Assembly: GCA_041737965.1 (NCBI GenBank)
Contig: JBGSQT010000030.1
Coordinates: forward strand, 6,633 to 70,632
Direction: 5' to 3'
DNA from: Spirochaetota bacterium
GTDB lineage: Bacteria; Spirochaetota; UBA4802; UBA5550
Length of the DNA stretch: 64,000 bases
The stretch's first letter is position 1, and the number at the start of each line of letters is the position of its first letter. A program made the position numbers and the translations under genes. Below, piece by piece: positions 28,375-39,500 of the stretch. The notes beneath the pieces are model-generated. The model did not search any database, was not told the DNA's origin, and worked only from the letters and a program-made list of their open reading frames with translations.

Positions 28375-29477
28375 AGCCCCGTTATCCCGCTGCGCTCAGC
28401 TATCGCCTTCTGCACCAGGCGCTCCATGGCGATCTTTTCGATGGTGCGCGCGTTCGGAAGAAATATCTTTTTCATCCCCGCCAGCGTCCTGATCGCTTGT
28501 AAAATCTCCCCCGGCGTGAAATCGCCGGAAGCTGACTTTCTCATAAGCTCCTCCTCGCCTTTTCTCACGATGTACAGGGCCGAATCTCCCTGGGAAACCG
28601 AGAAGCTGAACATGACCGAGGCTATGTCGGTTAACGGGACAACGAACCCCCTCCCCGGAACCGGGCCGCCGTGCTCCCGGTATTTGAGCTCCCGCTGCGT
28701 GACCGTCACGGTCCTTGATTTTCCAATATTGTAGAGCGTTCCGTACAATGCGATGACAGTGACCGCCGCAATAAACACGGCCGCGGCGGCGTAGACGGGA
28801 GTGTTTTCGGCCCATTGCCGCGCTCCGAAAATTGCCATCCCCATGGCGGCCAGGATGACGAAGGGGACGAATGAGCCGGTGAGGGGGCGGGATTGTTTCC
28901 ATGTGATATACGAACCTTCGGCGTTCAGGCCGGCGGCTATGCTTTCCGGGACTGCGGTTTCCGCGCCCTCACCGGCGCGTGAATCCAGCGACACCTGGCG
29001 GACAAGCGCGTCCCAAAGCAGCCGCGCTTTTTTTTCCCCCGCTGAGGAACAGATCGTCCAGCAGGCGCCGTCCCGTTTCATCATTATCACGTCATGCCCT
29101 GTTGATCGGCCGCTCCGGCGCGTTCTGACCAGAAACCCCTCGATCTCGCCGTAGGGGACGGCGGCGTCGCAGGGCCCCGGCAGTTTTTGTTCCCTGACCT
29201 GCAGAATGCCGCGGCCGTTGTCGAATATCAGGAATTCCGGAAGATTGATCCTCGCGAAAAGCATGTACGCTCCGGAAATGAACAGAAGGCCGAATCCGGT
29301 GAAGAAGAAGGGGGCACCGGAGCCGGCATCGGTCGCTAAAAAGAGGAGAAGTCCGGGCGGAAGCGCCGCAAGTCCGATGAGAAGGCAGATGGCGCCCAGG
29401 ACGTACTCCAGGGTGCGTGTCCGGCGGAGCACCGTAACGCCCGGTGATCCTTTATCAGCCTGTATCGCGTAATTCAT
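28371..29477 (-). CDS. Hypothetical membrane protein with two TM-pair/soluble-domain repeats
   Basis: GGAGG RBS; two TM hairpins, each followed by a beta-rich (PH-like) segment. Confidence 0.7.
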   Translation of the reverse strand: MNYAIQADKGSPGVTVLRRTRTLEYVLGAICLLIGLAALPPGLLLFLATDAGSGAPFFFTGFGLLFISGAYMLFARINLPEFLIFDNGRGILQVREQKLPGPCDAAVPYGEIEGFLVRTRRSGRSTGHDVIMMKRDGACWTICSSAGEKKARLLWDALVRQVSLDSRAGEGAETAVPESIAAGLNAEGSYITWKQSRPLTGSFVPFVILAAMGMAIFGARQWAENTPVYAAAAVFIAAVTVIALYGTLYNIGKSRTVTVTQRELKYREHGGPVPGRGFVVPLTDIASVMFSFSVSQGDSALYIVRKGEEELMRKSASGDFTPGEILQAIRTLAGMKKIFLPNARTIEKIAMERLVQKAIAERSGITGL

Positions 29478-29516
29478 GTGACCTCCCGTTCGGCGCGCGC
29501 TCGCGGCGCCGCAGAA

Positions 29517-30923
29517 TCATTGCAGGCGTTTCGCCAGGATTACGGTAAAATCGTCAGTGATCATCGCGCTGTCTGCGTAGGAATTGAACCCGTTGATGAT
29601 GGCGGTCAGGATCTCCTGGGCGGTTCCATCAGGAGCGTTCCTGAATGATTCCATCAGGTTATCCGTCCCGTAGGGGACCCTGTCGGAATTGCTCCCCTCC
29701 ACGAGGCAATCGCTGTACAGGAGCAGGACGTCCCCTTTTTGCATCGGGAAAGTGGCGGTACCCGAAGTGGAGGCCAGCCCGTGCATGCCCAGCGGCTTGC
29801 CCCTGAACTCGGGTGTTTCGGAACCGGGGATGATTATCTCGCCGGTATCGGCCTTTTTCAGAATGAGGTCCGGGTGCCCCGCGTTCACGTATTCCACCGA
29901 CCCTCCGTTGATTCGCAGAACGATCCCGGTGGCGAACCCATGGGTACCCTCGATCTCCCTGGAGAGTTCGCGGTCGGCCTCTTCGATCAGGCGATGGAGC
30001 GGCTCTCCCGCTTTTTTCCGGAAATGCCGGAACAGCATCGGTTTGGCGATCATGGTGAGAAGACCCGCCGATACGCCGTGTCCCGAAACGTCGAAGAGGG
30101 CGATCCCCCTCAGCTCCCCGTTATCGTAGTAGAAATCGTAGAAGTCCCCGGATACGCTGAATTTCGGTTTGTACGAAAAGGCGACGTCCCATCCAGACGA
30201 CCGGGGCGGCTCGTCCGGCATGAGGTTTCGCTGGATGGCCGACGCGAGTTCCATGTCAATCATGGAAACTTCCCGGGCGCGGTGAAGCTCGACGTTCATC
30301 CGCTTCAGCTTGGCGTTGGTGATCTCGAAATTTCTGGAAGCAACCTGTATCTCCTGCGACTTTTTCTGAACGAACCTCGCCACGATGGAGAGTGAAATGA
30401 AAGGGGGAAGCAGGCCGATGGTGTAAAAAAGTTCCATAGGGAAGTCGCCCTTCTGTCCGGCAAAACAGACCGCATAGGCGCTCACCGCAACCTGCGCGGT
30501 GAGCGTTCCCAGGGACAGGCTCAGGGACTGCCATACCGAGGTGAAAAACATCACAAAGACCACCGCAACGAGCGCGCAGAAGAGCCCGAATATCCTGATT
30601 TCCTGGAGGCGGTAAATCCAGAGGGAATACATAGCGATGAACAGTGGATACTGGAGCAGAAACATGGCGGTACCGAAGGCCCTGGTCGGGTTTTTCTTCA
30701 GATAGATTATTATGGCGAATACGACGGTCCCGCCTATCGCGCCGGAGGCGGGCAGCAGCATATCCCCGTAGGTCATGCCGGTAAGCCTGAAATATATGGC
30801 CGCCGCCGTTTCCAGCTGGGTGATGATATAACCGCAAAGTACAAGAAGCACGGTCCTTACGTACAATCCGTGCAGCCTTGCGGACTCGGCGGCGTTATCG
30901 ATGGGTTCTTTCGAGAATTGCAT
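29517..30923 (-). CDS. Membrane-bound SpoIIE/PP2C phosphatase
   Basis: About six TM segments, coiled coil, VSGDFYD, FDVSGHG, NAGHP, YSDCL and DDFT. Confidence 0.92.
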   Translation of the reverse strand: MQFSKEPIDNAAESARLHGLYVRTVLLVLCGYIITQLETAAAIYFRLTGMTYGDMLLPASGAIGGTVVFAIIIYLKKNPTRAFGTAMFLLQYPLFIAMYSLWIYRLQEIRIFGLFCALVAVVFVMFFTSVWQSLSLSLGTLTAQVAVSAYAVCFAGQKGDFPMELFYTIGLLPPFISLSIVARFVQKKSQEIQVASRNFEITNAKLKRMNVELHRAREVSMIDMELASAIQRNLMPDEPPRSSGWDVAFSYKPKFSVSGDFYDFYYDNGELRGIALFDVSGHGVSAGLLTMIAKPMLFRHFRKKAGEPLHRLIEEADRELSREIEGTHGFATGIVLRINGGSVEYVNAGHPDLILKKADTGEIIIPGSETPEFRGKPLGMHGLASTSGTATFPMQKGDVLLLYSDCLVEGSNSDRVPYGTDNLMESFRNAPDGTAQEILTAIINGFNSYADSAMITDDFTVILAKRLQ

Positions 30924-31239
30924 GGTCGTGATGCTCTATTTATCTGTTCGCTCGCAGGGGAGGGCCTTGTGTATTGGGAAAGCCTTTAGTGTTTTTGTCA
31001 AGTCAATATTGACGGAAGGCGCCGCAGGTCCTGAGTTCGGCAAGTGCGGACCTGACGGTTGAGAACAAAAAACAATTGAATTCACGGGAGCCGTGTTGTA
31101 GTGTCATTGATCAGCTGTCACTTATGCCGGCGTGATGTCTTGGAGCCGGGCACAAATCATTTCTTCAGGATTCTAATCGCCCCTGGTGCCCCGTGCGGAC
31201 CGAGGGGATGAAACGGAAAAAAAAGGAGCGGGAAAGGAT

Positions 31240-32022
31240 ATGCAAAAGCAAGAGCGTGATGAGATAAAAAAATTCTGCGCGCACCTGGCGCGGGAGAGCG
31301 GACAAATCATAAGGGAATACTTCCGAACCGGAGTGACCGTTGACCGCAAGGCGGATTCATCGCCCGTCACCATAGCTGACCTGAAAACCGAAGAGTTTCT
31401 CCGCGAAGCGATAATGAAGGAATTTCCGGATCACGGAATCCTCGGCGAGGAATTCGGGTCGGTGAACGAAGAGGCGCGTTACCGGTGGATACTGGACCCG
31501 ATCGACGGGACCAAGAGCTTTATTTGCGGCGTGCCCCTCTTCGGCACCCTCATCGCCCTTCTTGAAGAGGGGGAGCCGGTCGTCGGTGCGATCCACATAC
31601 CGGTGGCGGGGGATCTGATGATCGGCGACAACGTTTCCTGCGAGCTCAACGGCGCGCCGGTCCGGTGCCGGGAAATCGGAAGCGTGGACAGCGCGGTGCT
31701 GCTTGCAACGGACCACCGGGACGCGTCCCTTTTTCAGAAGGAGGCCCGTTTCGAGGATCTGGTAAAGAGGGTGAGGATTTACCGGACCTGGGGCGACTGC
31801 TACGGCTACTACCTGCTTGCCGCCGGGTATGCCGACATAATGGCTGACCCGGTGATGTCGACCTGGGACACCATGGCGCTCATTCCGGTGATACGCGGCG
31901 CCGGCGGCGTCATCACCGATTTCCGGGGCGGCGATCCGGTGAAAAACCCGAAAAGCGTCGTCGCCGCCGGCCCGGACATACACGGCACGGTGATGCATAT
32001 TCTGTGGCCGCCCGGGTTGTAG
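31240..32022 (+). CDS. hisN: Inositol monophosphatase family; histidinol-phosphatase HisN-like
   Basis: SPVTIAD, GEE, WILDPIDGTKSF, WGDCYGY and WD motifs. Confidence 0.8.
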   Translation: MQKQERDEIKKFCAHLARESGQIIREYFRTGVTVDRKADSSPVTIADLKTEEFLREAIMKEFPDHGILGEEFGSVNEEARYRWILDPIDGTKSFICGVPLFGTLIALLEEGEPVVGAIHIPVAGDLMIGDNVSCELNGAPVRCREIGSVDSAVLLATDHRDASLFQKEARFEDLVKRVRIYRTWGDCYGYYLLAAGYADIMADPVMSTWDTMALIPVIRGAGGVITDFRGGDPVKNPKSVVAAGPDIHGTVMHILWPPGL

Positions 32023-32060
32023 GAGCCCCGAAAATGCAGCCTCTGCGGGACGGCCCTTGA

Positions 32061-35000
32061 TCATTCCGACACCTCGTGTTTTTTCCACAGGAAATAAACC
32101 GCCGGGTACACCAGAAGCTCCAGTATAAATGAAGTGAAAAGTCCCCCCACCATGGGGGCGGCGATCCGTTTCATCACGTCAGAACCGGCGCCGAGGGACC
32201 ACATGATGGGCATGAGGCCCATGGCAGCCGCCGTGACCGTCATGATTTTGGGCCTTATCCGCTTCACCGCGCCGTGCACGATGGCTTCCTTCATATCCGA
32301 TACGGTGTTGAGCATCCCTTTTCGCTTGTACTCATCATGCGACAGGTCCAGAAAAAGAAGCATAAACACACCGGTCTCCGCGTCAAGCCCCATGAGGGCG
32401 ATAAGCCCCACCCACACCGCTATTGAGACGTGATATCCCAGCGCATAGAGAAGCCAGATCGCCCCCACTGCGGAAAAGGGGAGGGCCAGCATCACGATCG
32501 ACGTCTTAACGGCGGACTTTGTATTCATGTAAAGAAGCATGAATATGAGAAACACCGTTATTGGAAGCACGACTTTCAGGCGTTCCTCGACCCGCTGCAT
32601 GTTTTCGTACTGGCCGCTCCAGGTGAGCGTGTAGCCGGCCGGAAGCCTCACCTGCCGGTCCACCGCCTCCTTCGCCTCCTCCACGAAGCCTCCGATGTCA
32701 CGGTCGGCTACATCCACAAACACATACCCGGCGAGCATCCCGTTCTCGTCGCGTATCATCGCCGGACCGTAGTTCAGTTTTATTTCGGCGATTTCGCTCA
32801 TGGGCACCTGCACTCCCCTGGGCGTCGTCACCAGCACTCTTTTTAAACCGTCCACGTCGGTGCGCAGCTGCCGGGGGTACCGAACGTTGATGCTGTAGCG
32901 TTCGCGCCCCTCAATGGTTGTCGACACGGTCTCCCCGCCGATGGCGCTCATGATCACGTTCTGAAAATCATCTATGTCCAGTCCGTAACGGCCCAGTGCC
33001 TCGCGCCTGGGTATGAAATCCGCGTAATAACCGCCTCCCACGCGTTCCGCGAAAACGCTCCTGGATCCCGGAATTTTTTTGACCACCTTTTCGATCATCT
33101 CGCCCACACGCTGTATCTCATTGAGGTTCTCACCGAATATTTTTACCCCGACCGGGGTGCGGATGCCGGTGGTAAGCATGTCTATGCGGCCCTTTATGGG
33201 CATGGTCCAGGCGTTGGTGGTGCCCGGTATCTGTATGGCTTTATCCATAAGGGCTATCAGCTCGTCGTAGGTGATGCGGTCATACCATATCCTCCTCAGA
33301 ACCGCCTTAAGCGGCCCGGGCGCCCAGGATGAGTACCAGCGATGTTTTTCCCTCCACTCTTCCTTCGGTTTCAGCTGTACCGTGGTCTCCATCATGGACA
33401 GCGGTGCCGGGTCCGTGGATGTTTCGGCCCGCCCTGATTTTCCGAAGATTGTTTCCACTTCGGGAAACGTGGCGAGGATTTTGTCCTGCGCCAGCAGCAG
33501 GTTCCTCGCCTCCGTGACCGAGATGCCCGGCAGGGTGGTGGGCATGTAGAGAATGGTCCCCTCGTTCAGCGGCGGCATGAATTCCGAGCCGAGTCTGAAA
33601 TAGACCGGAATCGACACCGCCACCAGCAGCGCGGCTCCCGCGATCACCCGTTTCGGGTGCTCCAGCACCCATCGGCATGGGCCGTCGTATAACCGGAAAA
33701 GAACCCTGCTTATGGGATGTTCCTCCTCCGGATGGTAGGTCCCCACGAGAAGAGTGTTGGCTATCTTTTCGAGCCATTTTTTTTTCAGGCGGAATGGGTC
33801 GACTCTGGAGAAGAGCATCCGTACCGCAGGGTCCAGGGTCAGAGCCAGCAGCGAGGCGATGGCGATGGTGAGGGTCTTGATCCATGCCAGGGGCGTGAAG
33901 AGGCGCCCCTCCTGGTCCACCAGAGTGAACACCGGAAGAAAGGCCACGGCTATCACCAGGAGTGAGAAAAACACCGACGGCCCGACTTCCATGAGCGCCT
34001 CGAGACGCACCTGGTGGAAATCGCCATGGCGCCCCTCCGCGATCCAGATCTCGATTTTCTTATAGGCGTTCTCCACCTCCACGATCACGCCGTCAACCAG
34101 CACGCCGATGGATATGGCGATGCCGGAGAGGCTCATGATGTTGGACGGTATGTCCAGGAGGTACATCGGGATGAATGCCAGAAGCACCGAGATGGGGATG
34201 GTGATGATGGGGACCATGGCGGAGGGAAAGTGCCAGAGGAAGAGCATGATCACCAGGCTTACGATGAGTATCTCCATCATCAGGTCGTCCTTCAGATTGT
34301 CGATGGAACGGTTAATCAGGTTCGAACGGTCGTACACAGGCACTATGTCAACTCCCTGCGGCAGGGACAGCCTGAGACTCCTGATTTTGTCCTTTACCCT
34401 GTTGATGACGTTGAGCGCGTTCTCGCCGTACCGCATGATGACGATGCCGCCCACGGAATCCCCCTTTCCATTCAGCTCGGCCATGCCTCGGCGCAGCTGC
34501 GGCCCCATGGTCACCGTGGCCACCTGTTCCAGAAACACCGGCGTCCCCCCCGATTCCTTCACCGCAATTTTTCTCAGGTCGTCGAGGTTTTTAATGTATC
34601 CCCGGGAGCGCACCATAAACTCCCTGCCGGACCATTCAATGAGGCGGCCTCCGGTTTCGTTGTTGTTCCTTTTTATGGCGTTCATCACCGAAGTAATGGA
34701 CAGGTTGTAGGCCTGGAGTTTTGCCGGGTCCACGATCACCTGGTACTGTTTCTCGAAACCTCCGACGGTGGCGACCTCGGAAACGCCTGGGATGCTCTGC
34801 AGGGAGTATTTCAGGTTCCAATCCTGAATGGATTTCAGTTCGGAAAGATCGTGCCGGCCTGTTTTGTCCACCAGGGCATACTGGTAAACCCATCCGATTC
34901 CGGTTGCATCGGGGCCGAGTTCGGTCCGCACTCCCTCGGGCAGGCTTCCCTGAATTTTGGACATGTACTCCACGACCCTGCTTCTCGCCCAGTAGATGTC

Positions 35001-35300
35001 CGTGCCGTCCTCAAAGATCACATATATGAAGGAATATCCGAAATCGCTCAGGCCCCGGATCGTCTTCACCTTCGGGGCGCCGAGCAGGGCGCTTACAATC
35101 GGATAGGTCACCTGGTCCTCCATGATGTCCGGGCTGCGGTCCCACCTGGAATAGACAATCACCTGGGTGTCCGAGAGGTCCGGAATGGCGTCAAGTTTGA
35201 TGACACTGGTCACGTACACCGCCAGGGCGATGAGCGCAGTGAAGCCGAATATCACAAAGAGCTTGTTATGGGCTGAAAATGAGATTATTTTTCTGATCAT
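32061..35300 (-). CDS. cusA: CusA/SilA heavy-metal RND permease
   Basis: LDAIPDLSDTQVI, GPDATGIGWVYQYAL, GSEFMPPLNEG, TDPAPLSMMET, WTMPIKGRIDM (Met triad). Confidence 0.96.
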   Translation of the reverse strand: MIRKIISFSAHNKLFVIFGFTALIALAVYVTSVIKLDAIPDLSDTQVIVYSRWDRSPDIMEDQVTYPIVSALLGAPKVKTIRGLSDFGYSFIYVIFEDGTDIYWARSRVVEYMSKIQGSLPEGVRTELGPDATGIGWVYQYALVDKTGRHDLSELKSIQDWNLKYSLQSIPGVSEVATVGGFEKQYQVIVDPAKLQAYNLSITSVMNAIKRNNNETGGRLIEWSGREFMVRSRGYIKNLDDLRKIAVKESGGTPVFLEQVATVTMGPQLRRGMAELNGKGDSVGGIVIMRYGENALNVINRVKDKIRSLRLSLPQGVDIVPVYDRSNLINRSIDNLKDDLMMEILIVSLVIMLFLWHFPSAMVPIITIPISVLLAFIPMYLLDIPSNIMSLSGIAISIGVLVDGVIVEVENAYKKIEIWIAEGRHGDFHQVRLEALMEVGPSVFFSLLVIAVAFLPVFTLVDQEGRLFTPLAWIKTLTIAIASLLALTLDPAVRMLFSRVDPFRLKKKWLEKIANTLLVGTYHPEEEHPISRVLFRLYDGPCRWVLEHPKRVIAGAALLVAVSIPVYFRLGSEFMPPLNEGTILYMPTTLPGISVTEARNLLLAQDKILATFPEVETIFGKSGRAETSTDPAPLSMMETTVQLKPKEEWREKHRWYSSWAPGPLKAVLRRIWYDRITYDELIALMDKAIQIPGTTNAWTMPIKGRIDMLTTGIRTPVGVKIFGENLNEIQRVGEMIEKVVKKIPGSRSVFAERVGGGYYADFIPRREALGRYGLDIDDFQNVIMSAIGGETVSTTIEGRERYSINVRYPRQLRTDVDGLKRVLVTTPRGVQVPMSEIAEIKLNYGPAMIRDENGMLAGYVFVDVADRDIGGFVEEAKEAVDRQVRLPAGYTLTWSGQYENMQRVEERLKVVLPITVFLIFMLLYMNTKSAVKTSIVMLALPFSAVGAIWLLYALGYHVSIAVWVGLIALMGLDAETGVFMLLFLDLSHDEYKRKGMLNTVSDMKEAIVHGAVKRIRPKIMTVTAAAMGLMPIMWSLGAGSDVMKRIAAPMVGGLFTSFILELLVYPAVYFLWKKHEVSE

Positions 35301-35309
35301 TTGTCCGCC

Positions 35310-36725
35310 TCAATGACCTTCACCGCTTATGGCGGATTGAAACGCCGCTTTGAGCGACGATTCGGAATCCACAAGGAACTGGGCCGATGTGACCACCCGT
35401 TCGCCTTTCTTTAGTCCGGAAAGCACCTCGTAATAGCCGTCATCGGACCGTACGCCAAGCTTCACCGTGTAGGGAACGATCCTGTCCCCCTTCCCTTGTA
35501 TAAACACGTAGTTTCCTACACCGGTGCGCATAACGGCCTCTTCCGGCACGGCGAGTTTATCCCCGATCCCGTATTTCATAACGGCCTGGCCGTACATGTT
35601 CGGCTTCAGTATCAGGTCAGGGTTCGGGATCTCAATCCTGGCCTGCAAAGTCCTTGTGTCCGGCTTTAAAAATGGGTCCAGAAACGCGATCCTTCCGCGG
35701 AAGATCCTGCCGGGCCAGTAGGGGAGGGTCACCTCCGCTTTCATTCCGACCCGAACATTGGCCAGGTCGGACTCGTACACGTCGATCTGCCCCCAGACAC
35801 GGGAGAGGTCCGTGATCATCATGAGCGGATCGTTCATCATGATCTTGTTGCCCGGAAGCACCTTCTTTTCAGTGACATACCCGGATGCGGGAGAATAAAG
35901 CGTCACGGTCCGCTCCAGTTTTCCGGTTTCGGCGATCCGGTCGATCTGGGCCTCAGAGAGGTCCAGCAGCCGGAGCCTTTCCCTGGCAGCCTGTTCGATC
36001 GAGTCGAGCGTTCCCTTGATTGATCCCCCTCCCGAAAGGGAGGCCCGCGCCCTTATCACCGAGAGATACTCCTGCTGGGCCGCGAAAAGCTCCTGGCTGT
36101 AAATGGCAAGAAGCGGCCCGCCCCGCCGTACGAACTGCCCGGTCTGATTCACGTAAAGCTTTTCCACCCATCCGTTTATTTTTGTGGTCACCACGTACTG
36201 GCGCGTTTCGTCCGGAACGATGAGCATGGAGCTGCGTATTTCCCTGGCGAGAGGACGAGTTTTGATTTCGGTGAACGAGAGGCCCATGGTGCGACGCTTC
36301 CCCTCGCCGATGGTCACAGGCGCCAAACCTCCGGGAATGTTCATGTCCTGCCCGTCGGCCCCCTGTTCCTCCTCCGGCGTGAAGGGGATCATCTCCATGC
36401 CCATGGAGTCCTTGCCGGGCTTGTCGCGTATCTCGCCCGGCATCATGGTCGATTTGTACATGATTCTTCCTTCACCGCGGGGCTCCGGCTCCTCCTTCTT
36501 TTTTTCCTCATGCACCGGCACAAGATTCATGCCGCAGATGGGGCACTGGCCGGGTTGGTCCCGAACGATCTGGGGGTGCATCGGGCAAGTATAGAACTGC
36601 CGGTGACCTTCATGCGGTCCGGCACCGCCGGAAATCATCCTGTAGCCGAAATACCCGGTCCCGGAAATAAGCGTTACGGCCAGGAGGATCGCTATCCATC
36701 TTCTTTTTTTTCTTCCTGTTTTCAT
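35310..36725 (-). CDS. cusB: CusB-type membrane fusion protein with heavy-metal-binding domains
   Basis: YTCPMHP...CPICGM and a second Met-rich YKSTMMP...DSMGMEM repeat; LKPNMY; QFLVDSES. Confidence 0.93.
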   Translation of the reverse strand: MKTGRKKRRWIAILLAVTLISGTGYFGYRMISGGAGPHEGHRQFYTCPMHPQIVRDQPGQCPICGMNLVPVHEEKKKEEPEPRGEGRIMYKSTMMPGEIRDKPGKDSMGMEMIPFTPEEEQGADGQDMNIPGGLAPVTIGEGKRRTMGLSFTEIKTRPLAREIRSSMLIVPDETRQYVVTTKINGWVEKLYVNQTGQFVRRGGPLLAIYSQELFAAQQEYLSVIRARASLSGGGSIKGTLDSIEQAARERLRLLDLSEAQIDRIAETGKLERTVTLYSPASGYVTEKKVLPGNKIMMNDPLMMITDLSRVWGQIDVYESDLANVRVGMKAEVTLPYWPGRIFRGRIAFLDPFLKPDTRTLQARIEIPNPDLILKPNMYGQAVMKYGIGDKLAVPEEAVMRTGVGNYVFIQGKGDRIVPYTVKLGVRSDDGYYEVLSGLKKGERVVTSAQFLVDSESSLKAAFQSAISGEGH

Positions 36726-37981
36726 CTCGCCGCCTCCCCGCCGGTAATTGTCAGTATTTCTGAATACGTCGTATGGTACTCTTTCGCGGTCATGTAGAGC
36801 TCCTTTCGAAACCTGGTGAGAAGCCGCAGCGTGTCTATCATGGTCATGAAATCCACGGAGCCGGTCTTATAGCGCCCCAGGTTCATCTGCAGGGCCAGCG
36901 AGGCCTGCGGTATCAGCGTATCGCGATAGAGCCGGTGCAGCTTCTCCCATTTGCGGAGATTGCTTTTCAGCGTGCCCATCCGGGCGCGAAGCTCGTTGGC
37001 CCTGTCGGCGTAGCGCGATTTGATCCGTTCGATATCTATCGCCGCCTCGTCCACCATCGGGACGTTGCGTTTCCAGAACCAGAAAGGTATGTTCAGTGTC
37101 ACCCTTCCGGTGACCATGTCGGAGCGGTTTCCCTGGGGGCCCCTGTCCCGCTGCATGTAGGAGAGCCCCACATCGATGTCCGGAAAGTATTCGCGTTTTT
37201 TTATCGTCAGCTCGTTTCTGGCGATTTCGAAGTCGAACTTCAGCGAAACAAGAGCGGGATTCGATTCCGGCATGCCCCGCTCGAGCGTCTCAACGGCGCC
37301 GTCGACGTACCCCGGATCGGGGAGATCGGCATTTTCCAGAACGACCGGGGAACCGGCGAGGTACGAGAGGTCCTCCTCCTTCTCCGTCAGCCTCTGTCTG
37401 AGTCCGATGAGCTCCTCGTCCACCATGCCCAGCTCGAGGTTCGCCTTCACCACGTTGGCAAGGCTCCCGGTGCCGGCCCTGGCGTTCGCGGTTTCACCCT
37501 CGATCACCAGCGATATCTGTTTCCTGATCTCTTCAAGCACGTCTATGGAACGGCGGACGTAATAGATCTCGTAGGCGTCCGAGCGGAGGCCGTGCAGGAG
37601 CCCGAGTTTTCCCTCCCGCAGCGTTTCGCGGGATTTCATGTATTCCTTGAGGGCGTTCCGTTCTTTCAGGCCGAGTTTGCCCCAGAGCGGGATCATCTGG
37701 GAGATGCCTATCTCCTTTGAGGTCATGTCCAGTTCCCTGAACGAAAAGGAATCGGCCGGGAGGTTGTTCAGCGCCAGCATCAGCTTCGGGTCCTCCAGCG
37801 AGCCTTTCTGCGTCACCCGCTTTTTCATCATTGAGGCTTCCTGCTCGAGCGCCCGGAGTTTCGGATTATCTCTCAGGGCCAGGGCGATGACATCGTCCAG
37901 AGTCGCTGCGGCGGCGGATACGGCCGTTATGCAGATCAATATGAGTCCGGGTACTGTTTTTCTGATAAAAACGACAATCAT
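36722..37981 (-). CDS. TolC/CusC-family outer-membrane efflux protein
   Basis: Signal peptide, [33 protein letters not shown]; GGAGG RBS before MIVVFI; first gene of cusCBA. Confidence 0.9.
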   Translation of the reverse strand: MIVVFIRKTVPGLILICITAVSAAAATLDDVIALALRDNPKLRALEQEASMMKKRVTQKGSLEDPKLMLALNNLPADSFSFRELDMTSKEIGISQMIPLWGKLGLKERNALKEYMKSRETLREGKLGLLHGLRSDAYEIYYVRRSIDVLEEIRKQISLVIEGETANARAGTGSLANVVKANLELGMVDEELIGLRQRLTEKEEDLSYLAGSPVVLENADLPDPGYVDGAVETLERGMPESNPALVSLKFDFEIARNELTIKKREYFPDIDVGLSYMQRDRGPQGNRSDMVTGRVTLNIPFWFWKRNVPMVDEAAIDIERIKSRYADRANELRARMGTLKSNLRKWEKLHRLYRDTLIPQASLALQMNLGRYKTGSVDFMTMIDTLRLLTRFRKELYMTAKEYHTTYSEILTITGGEAAR

Positions 37982-38407
37982 TATACGTTCCTCCATATCT
38001 GGTGATCGTGTGATCCGGACCCTTTCAATATACAAAAAGCCGAATCCCTAAACCATAGGATTGCACATGAAAATGGGCAAAAAGGGATACCATCACGGCC
38101 GCGGTCACTATACATGAAACGGATACGCGGAGCACCCCTGCCTTTGTGGACTTCATGTGGTTGACCTGTCCGGTCCGCACCGATAACTATCGCTGTTATG
38201 GGGTGGAGGTGGCCCTGATGGTGATGGCTGTATAAATATCATAGTGCTAATATACTTTAAATTAGACTAATATGGTAGTGATTATTTATCTTTTTTATGC
38301 GTATGAATCACCAAAATAGACGATATTTCGTGACAATTGTCACGATTCTTCCTGTGCGCCTCTATATAGTATCATAGCCGATACGTGTCGGAATGGTAAT
38401 TAATGGG

Positions 38408-38454
38408 TTGACAATTTATGGAATACTACTTATAAGACCTAATTGGTAGTAATT
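38408..38454 (+). promoter_or_regulatory. Sigma70 promoter of cysK-metY-rrf2 with an overlapping candidate Rrf2 box
   Basis: TTGACA(38408)-N17-TATAAG; box ATAAGACCTAATTGGTAGTAATT (38432-38454) has a 17/23-identical copy at 38261-38283. Confidence 0.6.
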
Positions 38455-38523
38455 ACGCTACATTCACCGCATCATCGGATATCGTGAAAATTACAATCGG
38501 GTCTAATCCACGGGAGGGGAGGC

Positions 38524-39465
38524 ATGAAAATAGCGCAGAATATCGTGGAGCTCGTCGGCAGCACGCCGCTGATCAGAATCAACTCGTCGAACAACGGGGG
38601 CGTCGCCGATGTGGCCGTAAAACTGGAATGGTTCAATCCGCTCTCGAGCGTGAAGGACCGCATCGGCGCGGCCATGATCGACTCGGCGGAACAATCGGGG
38701 CTTCTTAAAAAGGGGATGACCATCGTGGAGCCCACCAGCGGCAACACCGGAATCGCCCTTGCCTTTGTCGCCGCCGCCCGGGGGTACCGGCTGATTCTCA
38801 CCATGCCGGACACCATGAGCGTGGAACGGCGCAAGCTCCTCAAGGCACTCGGGGCGGAGCTGGTGCTCACCGAGGGGGCTAAGGGGATGAAGGGGGCCAT
38901 CGCAAGGGCCGGGGAGATCGTGGCCGGCACTCCGGGGACCTATATGCCTCAACAGTTCAACAACCCGGCAAACCCGGAGATACACCGGAAGACCACGGCC
39001 GAAGAGATCTGGCGTGACACCGACGGGAAGGCTGACATCCTCGTGGCCGGTGTGGGGACCGGCGGCACCATCACCGGCGTCGGTGAAGTGCTGAAGGCGC
39101 GTAAGCCCTCCTTCAGGGTGATCGCCGTGGAGCCGGCGGGTTCGCCGGTGCTTTCCGGAGGCGAGCCGGGGCCGCACAGAATTCAGGGAATCGGGGCCGG
39201 GTTCGTGCCGGAAGTGCTGAACAGGGAGATCATCGACGAGATCATCACGGTCCGGGAAGCGGACGCGGGAGCCACGGCGCGGCGGCTCGCCAGGGAGGAG
39301 GGGCTGCTTGTGGGGATATCATCGGGCGCGGCGATCTGGGCCGCCCTGGAAGCGGCCAGACGGGAGGAGAACAGGGGAAAACTCATCGTGACGATAAGCC
39401 CGAGCGCCGGTGAACGGTATCTGAGCACCTGGCTTTTCGACAATCCCGATACGCCCATGCCGTAA
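38524..39465 (+). CDS. cysK: Cysteine synthase A
   Basis: [11 protein letters not shown] (PLP Lys), [34 protein letters not shown]. Confidence 0.96.
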   Translation: MKIAQNIVELVGSTPLIRINSSNNGGVADVAVKLEWFNPLSSVKDRIGAAMIDSAEQSGLLKKGMTIVEPTSGNTGIALAFVAAARGYRLILTMPDTMSVERRKLLKALGAELVLTEGAKGMKGAIARAGEIVAGTPGTYMPQQFNNPANPEIHRKTTAEEIWRDTDGKADILVAGVGTGGTITGVGEVLKARKPSFRVIAVEPAGSPVLSGGEPGPHRIQGIGAGFVPEVLNREIIDEIITVREADAGATARRLAREEGLLVGISSGAAIWAALEAARREENRGKLIVTISPSAGERYLSTWLFDNPDTPMP

Positions 39466-39500
39466 GGCCCGCCTCATTATTAAAAAAAGGAGAAAAGATC

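Noticed and set aside
31020-31180. Riboswitch in the spoIIE / hisN spacer
   Set aside because: One hairpin (CAGGTCC/GGACCTG) but no recognisable aptamer consensus or expression platform.
34014-35276. Long antisense ORFs over cusA (and similarly over acrB, nqr, the HDOD gene and the sulfatase)
   Set aside because: Expected stop-poor shadows of GC-rich codon usage; no motifs or RBS.
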